Shown here piece after piece: positions 42,359 to 50,383 of a stretch of 64,000 nt of DNA. The stretch is from an uncultured Bacteroidota bacterium (lineage in GTDB: Bacteria > Bacteroidota > Ignavibacteria > Kryptoniales > JAKASW01): the NCBI GenBank assembly GCA_963704305.1, contig OY969888.1, positions 1,820,435-1,884,434 on the forward strand. The letters run 5' to 3'. Positions within the stretch are counted from its first letter, which is position 1; each line of letters opens with the position of its first letter. Position numbers and translations under genes: made by a program. The notes beneath the pieces were generated by a model that saw only the letters and a list, made by a program, of their open reading frames with translations, made no database searches and was not told the DNA's origin.

Positions 42359-42402
42359 AAGACCAAACCGGATTGATTGACTTTCGGGTAGCGGGGCAGG
42401 CT
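42359..42402 (+). repeat. Probable degenerate copy (A0) of the defence-island intergenic repeat
   Basis: AAGACCAAAC is identical to 48402-48411. It is followed by CCGGATTG...GCGG..GGCAGGCT; compare CCGGAATG..GCGG..GGCAGGCT at 49305-49334. Confidence 0.4.
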
Positions 42403-42776
42403 TGCATGATGAAGCCAGACTGAAAACGTCTTGGCGGGGTCCCTCCAATAATCATTTCACCCAATTCTCTCTTTGCACGACTATGACAACGATGTCTTGA
42501 CACGTTTACCTTACTCAAAGCTTTGTTCTTGCATATTATTCCCTTTAAATTGATCATACTCAACGCCAAAAGGGCTTTCATGGGTAAATGTAAACACCCC
42601 TTGAAGTCAAGTTCAGATGCGAAACAGTCTCTTCTTCAAGGGTTGAAAGTGCACCTGTTATGAGACTTCAAAAGCTTGAGGATTCTGTAAAAGCTTATCC
42701 GAGTCAAAAACCACCAATCTGTCAAAGAATGAACCGTCATAAGATGACCAGATTGCGAGAGAACTAACTCGTTCAT

Positions 42777-45251
42777 ATGGCACGTTCAACTGTGCATTAC
42801 GCAGATAATACGACAAACAACATCCTGAAGCGATTGCACAATAAGCTTCGACCTGCAGGAACACCAGTTCAAAGAGTGGAATATATCATTGAACTTTTGC
42901 TGCTCCGCATCTTCGAGGTGAAACTCAAACGGGATCCAGAGTTCGCTCCTCTAAGAAAAATGTTTATCGGGGAAAACGATGATCTCCTGTTCTCTTCTTT
43001 ATCCTCTGTTGCAAACGAGAATATGTTGGGAAAGCTAAATACTCGGTTCTTCCCGTTTTATTCTTCGATACTTACAAATGCACGAAAGGTCATAGAAGGG
43101 AATCCATCCGATAAGGTTCGAGATCAGCTTGTACTAATAGAGGAAGTGTTTAGCAATTCAAACTTCAGCAATAATGTTACAAGCGGGAATCTCGGTGAAG
43201 TCATCGGTCTGGTAGGTGAGTTGGACGAATCTCGATTAATGAATACAGACCTGCTTGGCGATGCTATTGAGTCGGCTCTATCCGAGACGGGTGGAACGAG
43301 AGACCTTGGATTACATCGCACGCCCGATCATATACGACAATTCATGGTAGGACTCGTTCTACCTTCGTTCAACGATTCAATCTTTGACCCGACGGCAGGA
43401 ACAGCTGGCTTTTTATTTGATTCGTATGAATTCGTGATGCAGACGGTGAGACCTAATGGTAAGTGGCCTGGAGAGAATTCTCATAAGGAACTTGCTGCCT
43501 GGTTCAAGAACTATTTTGAAACGCATAAGCGTCGAATGCCATCTCTTGAAGTTACCAACAGTTTCTATCGTCAGGGAATTATGGGCATTGAATACCTCGG
43601 AATGATCCGAAAGATGGCAGCAATCAACCTCTACATTCGAGGACTTAACCCAGGTAACATATTGCAAGGTGATTCGCTAGCGAAGTTCAAAAGGGATTAC
43701 ATTCCTGCGAGCAAATCTGTAATCTTGACGAATCCACCCTTTGGGGCTGAACGGGATCAAGAAGCTTATCCAGATGTATGGAGTGAGTATCCGAAAGAAT
43801 CTGAGACAACGATTCTGTTTGTGAAGTTGATTTTCGAGACGCTGGAGAAAAAAGGCCGCTGTGCTGTAATTGTCTCAGAAGGTTTCATGACGTGGGATCA
43901 GAACAGCGCTCGTGCTCTTCGTAAATCATTGCTAGAGGAGGCAAATCTGAGAGCAATAATCAGTTTGCCGCAAGGAGTGTTTGTCAGCAAAGGTGGACAG
44001 GGTCCAAAGACCTCTATTCTTTGTTTCGAAAAGGGATCTCCCACGAAAGAAGTCTGGTATTACAAAGTGACAAATGACGGCTATTCGATGGGAACGAATC
44101 GAAAGGAAATTCCCGGATGTCAGCTTGTCGAAGCTCTAAATCTCTTTCATGAATACGTGCGAGAAGGTAAACGACCACCTGAAAGCAGGCATGCTTTTTC
44201 TATCCCAATTGAATGGATTACGACGCTTGATCCACGTATAGAAGACAAAATTCGCGCTGAGACACGTGTTGAATTGACCGCAAAAGCCGAGGAAGAGAAA
44301 ATCAAACTTGATGCAAAACTGACGGAACAGGTCACAGCAAAGAAAATTACCGAAGAGGAAAAGCAGGATAAACTGAATTATCTTGCCCAAATATGGGACG
44401 GGAAGATTCGAAATGAGATCGCCCGACGTATTGAGCGAGCACATCTCTATTCTTTCAATTTGCCGAACTGTCGTAGCACACTCAGCGAGGAACAGTGTGC
44501 AGAGTGGGCTAAGATCACCAATGGGGCAACACACGCTCCGCGTTTGCCTTTGGATTTGCATTACCAACAAATGCAGAAAGCGTCTATTCAGGAATTGCCA
44601 AAATTGCTCTCCCAGCTTAATCCACGTAATGCCCTTCAATTGGATATCGCAAGACAGATATTAGGAACACTTAGTCCACAAACTATCGAAGAGAATAAGA
44701 AGATCAAAATTCTCTCAGGGCTGCTTGCTTCAGGTAAGAAATATGAAAGAGTAAAGCTGAAAGAATTGCTGATCCTGAATCAGGAAAGAATGAGTCCTTC
44801 GGATTTTCCGGAGGTTCAGTTCAAGGTATTGGGTGTATCAAATGAAGAAGGAATTTTCCTGAATGATTCTCTCCTTGGTGAAGTGATAAAACAAGACTAC
44901 TACCGAGTGAAGAAAAGAGAATTCTGTTACAATCCTTACAGGATAAATGTTGGTTCAATTGGATTGAATGAATTCGAATATGACAATCAAATAATAAGCG
45001 GAGCGTATGTCATATTTGGAACCAATGAAACCGAACTGGATCCTAAGTTCCTATTTGCATTGTTCAAGTCAAAACAATTCCTCGAATACGTAAATGAAAA
45101 AGCGCATGGTGGCGTTCGGATGAATTTCAAATATGAATACTTGGAAGATTGGGAAATCCCACTCCCACTAATTGAAGAACAACACGCGATTGTTGCTGAG
45201 ATAGAAAGAAGCATGAATATCATCAGAGGCGCGACAGAATATCTTGGATAA
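42777..45251 (+). CDS. hsdM: Type I restriction-modification N6-adenine DNA methyltransferase fused to a single HsdS-type target-recognition domain
   Basis: HsdM_N-like N-terminus. Motif I is IFDPTAGTAGFLF and motif IV is ILTNPPFGAE. A long coiled-coil follows (KAEEEKIKLDAKLTEQVTAKKITEEEKQDK). The C-terminal ~185 aa (YERVKLKELLILNQERM..YRINVGSIGLNEF..ISGAYVIFG..LDPKFLFALFKSKQF..PLPLIEEQHAIVAEIE) are typical of an HsdS TRD plus conserved helix. Confidence 0.8.
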   Translation: MARSTVHYADNTTNNILKRLHNKLRPAGTPVQRVEYIIELLLLRIFEVKLKRDPEFAPLRKMFIGENDDLLFSSLSSVANENMLGKLNTRFFPFYSSILTNARKVIEGNPSDKVRDQLVLIEEVFSNSNFSNNVTSGNLGEVIGLVGELDESRLMNTDLLGDAIESALSETGGTRDLGLHRTPDHIRQFMVGLVLPSFNDSIFDPTAGTAGFLFDSYEFVMQTVRPNGKWPGENSHKELAAWFKNYFETHKRRMPSLEVTNSFYRQGIMGIEYLGMIRKMAAINLYIRGLNPGNILQGDSLAKFKRDYIPASKSVILTNPPFGAERDQEAYPDVWSEYPKESETTILFVKLIFETLEKKGRCAVIVSEGFMTWDQNSARALRKSLLEEANLRAIISLPQGVFVSKGGQGPKTSILCFEKGSPTKEVWYYKVTNDGYSMGTNRKEIPGCQLVEALNLFHEYVREGKRPPESRHAFSIPIEWITTLDPRIEDKIRAETRVELTAKAEEEKIKLDAKLTEQVTAKKITEEEKQDKLNYLAQIWDGKIRNEIARRIERAHLYSFNLPNCRSTLSEEQCAEWAKITNGATHAPRLPLDLHYQQMQKASIQELPKLLSQLNPRNALQLDIARQILGTLSPQTIEENKKIKILSGLLASGKKYERVKLKELLILNQERMSPSDFPEVQFKVLGVSNEEGIFLNDSLLGEVIKQDYYRVKKREFCYNPYRINVGSIGLNEFEYDNQIISGAYVIFGTNETELDPKFLFALFKSKQFLEYVNEKAHGGVRMNFKYEYLEDWEIPLPLIEEQHAIVAEIERSMNIIRGATEYLG

Positions 45252-45861
45252 CTGGTCTTTGAAACTAAACCTGAAACAGGAAGAACTAAAGCCACTGGGC
45301 GATGCGGTTATAGAAACCAAAAATGGTTGGTCCCCAAAATGTGAGGGAGGAGATACTCCAGTTCTGACTCTTTCATGTTTGAAACGCGGTCAGGTTGACC
45401 TCAGTGAAATCAAATATACGAGCGAGAACAGAAGGGACATTGATCGTTTCTACGTGAAGAGAGGAGATTTTTTTTACAGCCGCGGAAACACGATTGAGCT
45501 GGTTGCTCTTGCAGGTGTCGCAGAAGAAGTGGACAGAAATGTAGTTTTCTCTGACTTGCTTACGCGTGTTGAGTTCGATGAAATGCTGATTAAGAAGAAA
45601 TATGCTGTCGTGCTCTTTAACTCTGATTTTGGGAGAAAATATTTTGGAAGGGTTCCATACGGAGCTTCACCAAGCATGGTAAAGGTATCGCAAGATTATA
45701 TGGCAGCTTTTCCTGTACCCTTTATGGGTCAAATAGATAAACAAGAAAAGATTATCGCAGATTACGAAATACAAATGAAAAGATTGGCTGGAATAGATGA
45801 ATTGGTCGCTGAAGCAAAACTGCAAATAGAAACCTCCTTAGATACAATCTGGGGACATTGA
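45244..45861 (+). CDS. hsdS: Half-size type I specificity subunit (single TRD + conserved helix)
   Basis: TTG start overlapping the hsdM stop by 8 nt. KPLGDAVIETKNGWSPK..RGDFFYSRGNTIELVALAGV..FSDLLTRVEF..KKKYAVVLFNSDFGRKYF..FPVPFMGQIDKQEKIIADYE is the Methylase_S pattern. It has one TRD only. Confidence 0.7.
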   Translation: MDNWSLKLNLKQEELKPLGDAVIETKNGWSPKCEGGDTPVLTLSCLKRGQVDLSEIKYTSENRRDIDRFYVKRGDFFYSRGNTIELVALAGVAEEVDRNVVFSDLLTRVEFDEMLIKKKYAVVLFNSDFGRKYFGRVPYGASPSMVKVSQDYMAAFPVPFMGQIDKQEKIIADYEIQMKRLAGIDELVAEAKLQIETSLDTIWGH

Positions 45862-48275
45862 TTATGCCCTCTTCTGGTTTATTTTCAAATGAAGCCTCAG
45901 AAGTTGATCTGCGTGTTTATGATCAACTGAAGGAACTGAATTGGAAACTTGGCGACACATTGCTTTATCAGCCAAGCTATGCGCTTAGTGAGGAAGAACA
46001 GAAGCAATTTCCCGGCAGTAAGTCTATCAAGCCAGATTTTGTCTTGCAGGACTTGCAGGGAGCGCCTATTGCCGTCATCGAAGATAAGTTGGATGATCCA
46101 AAGAAAGCGCTTCCCAAATTACGTTTGAAATATTCGACGGTTCTCCGCCCTCGTTTTTTGTATGCCTGTGCTTTAGGATCGGATGGCAAAAGCCTTAGCA
46201 TTCTCTATTATGATATGATGTGGCGCGGTGTCGATGCGGGAGAATTCCGAAAGATTGAGAACTTCATGTCATTGGAAGATATGAAGCGAGTCGTTGATCT
46301 GCATAGGCAAAGGCAGCGTGAACAAGAAATAACAATTGACACAAGCATCGCTGGTGGTTACGATCCGACAATTGGAAAAGATCGTTACTACCATGGCGAA
46401 TGCATCAGGACTCTAATCGAGAGTTACCGTAACGGTAAAACTAAGATGCTGGTTCACATGGCAACTGGTCTGGGCAAAACCAGAATGGCAGTTGCGCTGG
46501 TGAAGGCACTATTTCAGTATGAGCTTGCAAAGAAAGTTCTGTTTGTTGTTGATCGTCGTTTTCTTGCACGTCAGGCGATACAAAAAGGATTCAGTCTTAT
46601 CAGCCCTACATATAATGCCTCTTGGATCACTAGCAGCAACTTTAAAATTCACAAGAACAAAGATATTCACGTTGTCGTCATTGATACACTAGAGATTCTC
46701 TTCAGCAAGATACCAGCGAATTATTATGATCTCATCATTGTCGATGAATGCCATAGATCAATCACTGTCAATCGAAAGCTCATCTTCGATCATTTCATGT
46801 GCCCGAGAATTGGACTTACGGCTACACCGCGCATTGGTAAGCCACCGGTAGGTGTGCAACTCTCTGACGAAGATCTTGCTATCATGGACACGTATCGCCT
46901 CTTCGGTTGTGAGACAAAGAAGCCAGATTACGAGTTCGATCTGGACAGAGGCATTAGGGAAGGATTTCTAGCACCTTATGGCAAAGAAGAAATCATCACG
47001 GAATTGACGCGACAGGCTATGGCAAGCGGAATCAGGTATGACCATCTGCTTGATCCTGACGACAGAGAGAAAATCATCAAATTGCCTAAAGAAGAACAGA
47101 TCGAATTGGAGAGGCTGAACAAGAAAATACTTTCACAAGAGCAGGCAGATCGTTGGGCTGAAGAGATTCGAAAGAATACTCAGTCTGGAGAAAAGGTCAT
47201 TGTATTCGGAGCCAGCCAAGCTCATTGTCTAATGATAGCTGATGCGTTAAACAAAGTATTCGATGATAATCGTCAAGAAAGCCCTCATTATGCCGAAGCT
47301 GTGATCTCTGAGAATGAAGACCTGAACTACGCTCTCAAAGAATGGTTTGATAAGCCCTATCAAAACCCACACATAGTAACCTCAGTCAATATCATGAGTA
47401 CAGGTGTTGATATACCATGTGTACGATACATAGGATTCTGTGCGTTGACGAAATCAGTAAGCAAATATACCCAAATGGTGGGCCGCGGAACCCGGCTCGA
47501 TCCAAAGACTGGGAAGTTCAGCTTCAAGTTGCTGGATTTTGTTGGACTTTGTAAACGTATGCAAGATAATGGACATGGGACACCAAGGGAGAATGTGACG
47601 ACTACTCCTCCTAGTCAAGTCAGGGAAGGAGGCAGTGGCGGCGGTGGTAATGGTGGTATCCATGTCGATGGAATCTTAGATAATCCTGATCCCGCGCACA
47701 TGATCCAACGAGTCACGTTGACAGATAGCGGGATAAAGATTATTGATAACATCCCTATTAAAAAAGCCAGAGAGCTATTCGAGCAAGGTGTGAAGTCGGT
47801 TACTCAACCACTTATAGCGGAATTGAAGCGGAAGGCATGGGAGAATAAAGACTATGAACCAACCGAGGAAGAACTGGCAGCAATCAAGCAATGGGTCAAT
47901 GATCCTGAGATATATTTGAGCGAAGAGAATTTGCAGCGCATCTATGAATTCCCTGGCGGATCGACTTGGGACTTCTTCCTACATGTACTCGGAGTGAAGA
48001 AAATCCCGACTACCGCCGAAAGGATTGAACAAGGATTTGAAGCTTACCTCGATCTCTATAACTTCACCACTGAACAAAAAGGCATTCTTGAAGCTATCAA
48101 AGATGTATTCATTGCAAACATCTCGTCACATGGGAAGATTGATGTCGATACGATTTTTGCCAATCCGGTCTATGCACACTTAATTGGAGAATTTGAAGAA
48201 GTCAACAGCAAGTTCGAAGGAATGCTGAGAGAGATTATATCTGATATGGAGAAGCAATTCAAGATCGCGGCATAG
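45858..48275 (+). CDS. hsdR: Type I restriction enzyme R subunit (PD-(D/E)xK nuclease + SF2 helicase + EcoEI-R-like C-terminal domain)
   Basis: N-terminal nuclease motif KPDFVLQDLQGAPIAVIEDK. Helicase motifs are MATGLGKTRMA (I), IIVDECHRS (II), GLTATP (III) and QMVGRGTRL (VI). There is a Gly-rich linker, EGGSGGGGNGG. The C-terminal FTTEQKGILEAIKDVF region resembles the EcoEI R C-domain. The start is TTG 45858 or ATG 45864. Confidence 0.8.
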   Translation: MIMPSSGLFSNEASEVDLRVYDQLKELNWKLGDTLLYQPSYALSEEEQKQFPGSKSIKPDFVLQDLQGAPIAVIEDKLDDPKKALPKLRLKYSTVLRPRFLYACALGSDGKSLSILYYDMMWRGVDAGEFRKIENFMSLEDMKRVVDLHRQRQREQEITIDTSIAGGYDPTIGKDRYYHGECIRTLIESYRNGKTKMLVHMATGLGKTRMAVALVKALFQYELAKKVLFVVDRRFLARQAIQKGFSLISPTYNASWITSSNFKIHKNKDIHVVVIDTLEILFSKIPANYYDLIIVDECHRSITVNRKLIFDHFMCPRIGLTATPRIGKPPVGVQLSDEDLAIMDTYRLFGCETKKPDYEFDLDRGIREGFLAPYGKEEIITELTRQAMASGIRYDHLLDPDDREKIIKLPKEEQIELERLNKKILSQEQADRWAEEIRKNTQSGEKVIVFGASQAHCLMIADALNKVFDDNRQESPHYAEAVISENEDLNYALKEWFDKPYQNPHIVTSVNIMSTGVDIPCVRYIGFCALTKSVSKYTQMVGRGTRLDPKTGKFSFKLLDFVGLCKRMQDNGHGTPRENVTTTPPSQVREGGSGGGGNGGIHVDGILDNPDPAHMIQRVTLTDSGIKIIDNIPIKKARELFEQGVKSVTQPLIAELKRKAWENKDYEPTEEELAAIKQWVNDPEIYLSEENLQRIYEFPGGSTWDFFLHVLGVKKIPTTAERIEQGFEAYLDLYNFTTEQKGILEAIKDVFIANISSHGKIDVDTIFANPVYAHLIGEFEEVNSKFEGMLREIISDMEKQFKIAA

Positions 48276-48401
48276 GTAGCGTGGGACTGCCGCTCCGTGA
48301 AGATTCTTTCTTCGATTAACTCTAGATAAATTCATTCTGTTAGTCGTGAATCAGGATGGGAGATGGAGAAGATATTAACGGTACAACCTCAGAATTGAGA
48401 C

Positions 48402-48452
48402 AAGACCAAACATTTCCTTCTTACAGTCTTACTGCCGGAATGATGTCCGGAT
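48402..48452 (+). repeat. Defence-island intergenic repeat, copy A1
   Basis: AAGACCAAACATTTCC...CTTACTGCCGGAATGATGTCCGGAT. It shares CTTACTGCCGGAATG and the GACCAA..ACATTTC leader with copy A3. It ends 33 nt upstream of ATG 48485. Confidence 0.7.
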
Positions 48453-48484
48453 TTAAGACACGCTAATCATAATTAGAGGCTGCT

Positions 48485-49240
48485 ATGCAACGGACTAATG
48501 TTACTCAACGCATTAAGAACAAAGCTCTAGAACTGCTTGAACAGCATCCCGAAGGGTTGCGTTATTCAGAACTTCACGCGAAGATTCTGGCAGCTGACAC
48601 TAGCTTCAATCCAAACACCATAAACGGCTGCATATGGAACCTCGACGCAGTATTCCCTGAGAAGGTTTACAAACCATCCAAAGGGCTTTTTCGACTCTTG
48701 AAGAACAAGCCGCCGGAGTCGGAAGCTCCGGAACTCCCTGTCGCAGCCCCAACGACCACCAGTAGGGTCAAGGAAGAGGACTTTTACGCCCCTTTTGCCA
48801 ATTGGCTGAAAAACGATATTGAAGATGTGACCCATGCCATCCCTCTTGGTCGGAATACATTCAAAGACAAGTGGGGGACACCGGATGTTGTTGGAAAGCT
48901 TGAGCCAATGAGAAGCGACATTATCAAAGGACCAACGGAAATAGTATCCGCCGAAATCAAGACTGATACTCTCCAACTTGTTACCGCCTTCGGGCAAGCG
49001 TGTGCATACAAGTTATTTAGCCATAAGGTATACCTTGTTATTCCTCACCAATCTCAAAAAGAAGAAATCTCACGGCTTGATTCTCTTTGTCAAATATTTG
49101 GCATCGGCTTAGTAACATTTGATGCAGAATCGCCCTCGACCCCTGACTTCAAAATCTTAGTGCGCCCAGCCCGGCATGAGCCAGACCTCTTCTACACGAA
49201 CAAATACATGGCCCGGATTGAGAAGGAGTTGTTCTCTTGA
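48485..49240 (+). CDS. Winged-helix (Mrr_N-like) + PD-(D/E)xK restriction-endonuclease-fold protein
   Basis: The N-terminus KNKALELLEQHPEGLRYSELHAKIL..GLFRLL looks like an Mrr_N-type wHTH. The C-terminal half has the ordered motif E..PDVVG..VSAEIK..QACAY, consistent with a D-ExK nuclease core. Confidence 0.5.
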   Translation: MQRTNVTQRIKNKALELLEQHPEGLRYSELHAKILAADTSFNPNTINGCIWNLDAVFPEKVYKPSKGLFRLLKNKPPESEAPELPVAAPTTTSRVKEEDFYAPFANWLKNDIEDVTHAIPLGRNTFKDKWGTPDVVGKLEPMRSDIIKGPTEIVSAEIKTDTLQLVTAFGQACAYKLFSHKVYLVIPHQSQKEEISRLDSLCQIFGIGLVTFDAESPSTPDFKILVRPARHEPDLFYTNKYMARIEKELFS

Positions 49241-49298
49241 GTTCTCACAATGTGGTCACACAGGACGCACAGATCGTCGATGTGTTCTTGAGTGTTGT

Positions 49299-49354
49299 TT
49301 TATTGCCGGAATGTTATGCGGATATATGGCAGGCTAATTATAGTTAGGCAGTAA
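49299..49354 (+). repeat. Defence-island intergenic repeat, copy A2 (both modules)
   Basis: TGCCGGAATGTTATGCGGATATATGGCAGG (49303-49332) is identical to 52859-52888. TGGCAG-N6-TATAGTTAGG (49326-49347) is identical to 54486-54507. It ends 15 nt before ATG 49369. Confidence 0.85.
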
Positions 49355-49368
49355 ATAAAGGAGATTAT

Positions 49369-50136
49369 ATGAATTTAGTTGGTGAACTTAAAAACTTAAT
49401 CCAAGAAGGTGAAAAATTAAGACCATTAGGTGGTTCTATGTTCAATGGTTACAATGGACAAAAACAGCCTGAATATCTTTCTTGGAGATTACAAACTATT
49501 TCTGCTATTGAAGCTCTTGGAAATGATTCTAAGATTTTGTTAAAAGAAATTGAAAAAGATAAATACAGTTCAGTTTTCTATGAAAGCTCAGCTGCGAATC
49601 TTTTAGGTGTTTTGAAAGCAGCTTTATCATTAGCAGAAAAAAAGAATACTAACTCGAATACAAAGCAAAATAAAACATCTCTTCCAACTTCTAAAAATAT
49701 AGTTTTTATTGTTCACGGAAAAGACGATGCTTTGTTACAAAATCTTGCGCGATTTCTTGAGGCAATGAATATAAAACCTATCATATTATTTGAGCAAGCT
49801 GGTAAAGGACAAACTATAATTGAGAAATTAGAAACAAATAGTGAGGTTGGATTTGCTATTGTTTTATTGACTCCAGATGATTTGGGCAAATTGGCAAGTG
49901 ACAAAAAAGAATTAAAACCAAGAGCTCGACAAAATGTAATTCTTGAATTAGGTTTTTTCCTAGGGAAATTGGGAAGAAATCGTGTAGGTGTTCTTTATGA
50001 TGAAAGTGTGGAATTACCTTCAGATTATAGAGGAGTTGAATACATAAAATTAGATATTGAAGGAGGTTGGAAATTGAAGCTTGCCAAAGAAATGAAAGAA
50101 GCGGGACTGAATGTAGATGTGAATGAAGCTATTTAA
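49369..50136 (+). CDS. TIR-like nucleotide-binding domain protein (PF10137 / Cap12-type fold) with helical N-domain
   Basis: AAGGAG RBS. The C-terminal half is IVFIVHGKDDALLQNLARFLEAMNIKPIILFEQAGKGQTIIEKLE..VGFAIVLLTPDDLG..ARQNVILELGFFLGKLGRNRVGVLY..LPSDYRGVEYIKLD..WKLKLAKEMKEAGL, which matches the bacterial TIR-like family consensus as I recall it. The gene is very AT-rich. Confidence 0.7.
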   Translation: MNLVGELKNLIQEGEKLRPLGGSMFNGYNGQKQPEYLSWRLQTISAIEALGNDSKILLKEIEKDKYSSVFYESSAANLLGVLKAALSLAEKKNTNSNTKQNKTSLPTSKNIVFIVHGKDDALLQNLARFLEAMNIKPIILFEQAGKGQTIIEKLETNSEVGFAIVLLTPDDLGKLASDKKELKPRARQNVILELGFFLGKLGRNRVGVLYDESVELPSDYRGVEYIKLDIEGGWKLKLAKEMKEAGLNVDVNEAI

Positions 50137-50275
50137 ATTACTGCCTAACAAGTGGCTCAAGGCGACAGCTTTTTCGCATTCAGCATTTTACGATTATTTA
50201 GAGTTGGTCGTTCCGTTTCGACTAACTTGTTCAAGGAAGCCGTTCTAGTATGTTACTTTGCAAAGTGTGTGTGCG

Positions 50276-50318
50276 AAGAAGATTACACGCGGTTTGCTTA
50301 ATCTTCGGCAGTTGTTTT
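50276..50318 (+). terminator. Possible intrinsic terminator between the TIR-like and CBS-HEPN genes
   Basis: GAAGATTA-N13-TAATCTTC stem (50276-50304) followed by GGCAGTTGTTTTCT. The stem is AT-rich, so the support is weak. Confidence 0.3.
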
Positions 50319-50383
50319 CTAAGCGGCATTCTTATTCCGGGCAGCCGGTTGGCGGCAACGCCGTCATACATGAGAGGAATACA

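Noticed and set aside
42333-42581. 82-aa minus-strand ORF in the gap at the left edge of the defence island, considered as a possible integrase or transposase remnant.
   Set aside because: No recombinase, HTH or transposase motif is recognisable in any frame, and there is no RBS. I left it as non-coding. This cannot be resolved without a database search.
49326-49347. TGGCAG-N6-TATAGTTAGG considered as a sigma-54 (-24 TGGCAC / -12 TTGCA) promoter or a sigma-70 -35/-10 pair.
   Set aside because: The GC dinucleotide expected 10 nt after GG is absent in both copies. The spacing from TGGCAG to TATAGT (6 nt) is also wrong for a -35/-10 pair. I therefore left it as an unexplained conserved motif.
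49241-50260. Full integron gene-cassette / attC interpretation of the junctions in the defence island.
   Set aside because: Only the 7-nt core-like ends (GTTAGGC / GCCTAAC) fit. I could not fold a complete R''-L''...L'-R' attC at any junction. Other junctions lack RYYYAAC, and no intI gene is in the window. I kept this only as a testable side hypothesis.
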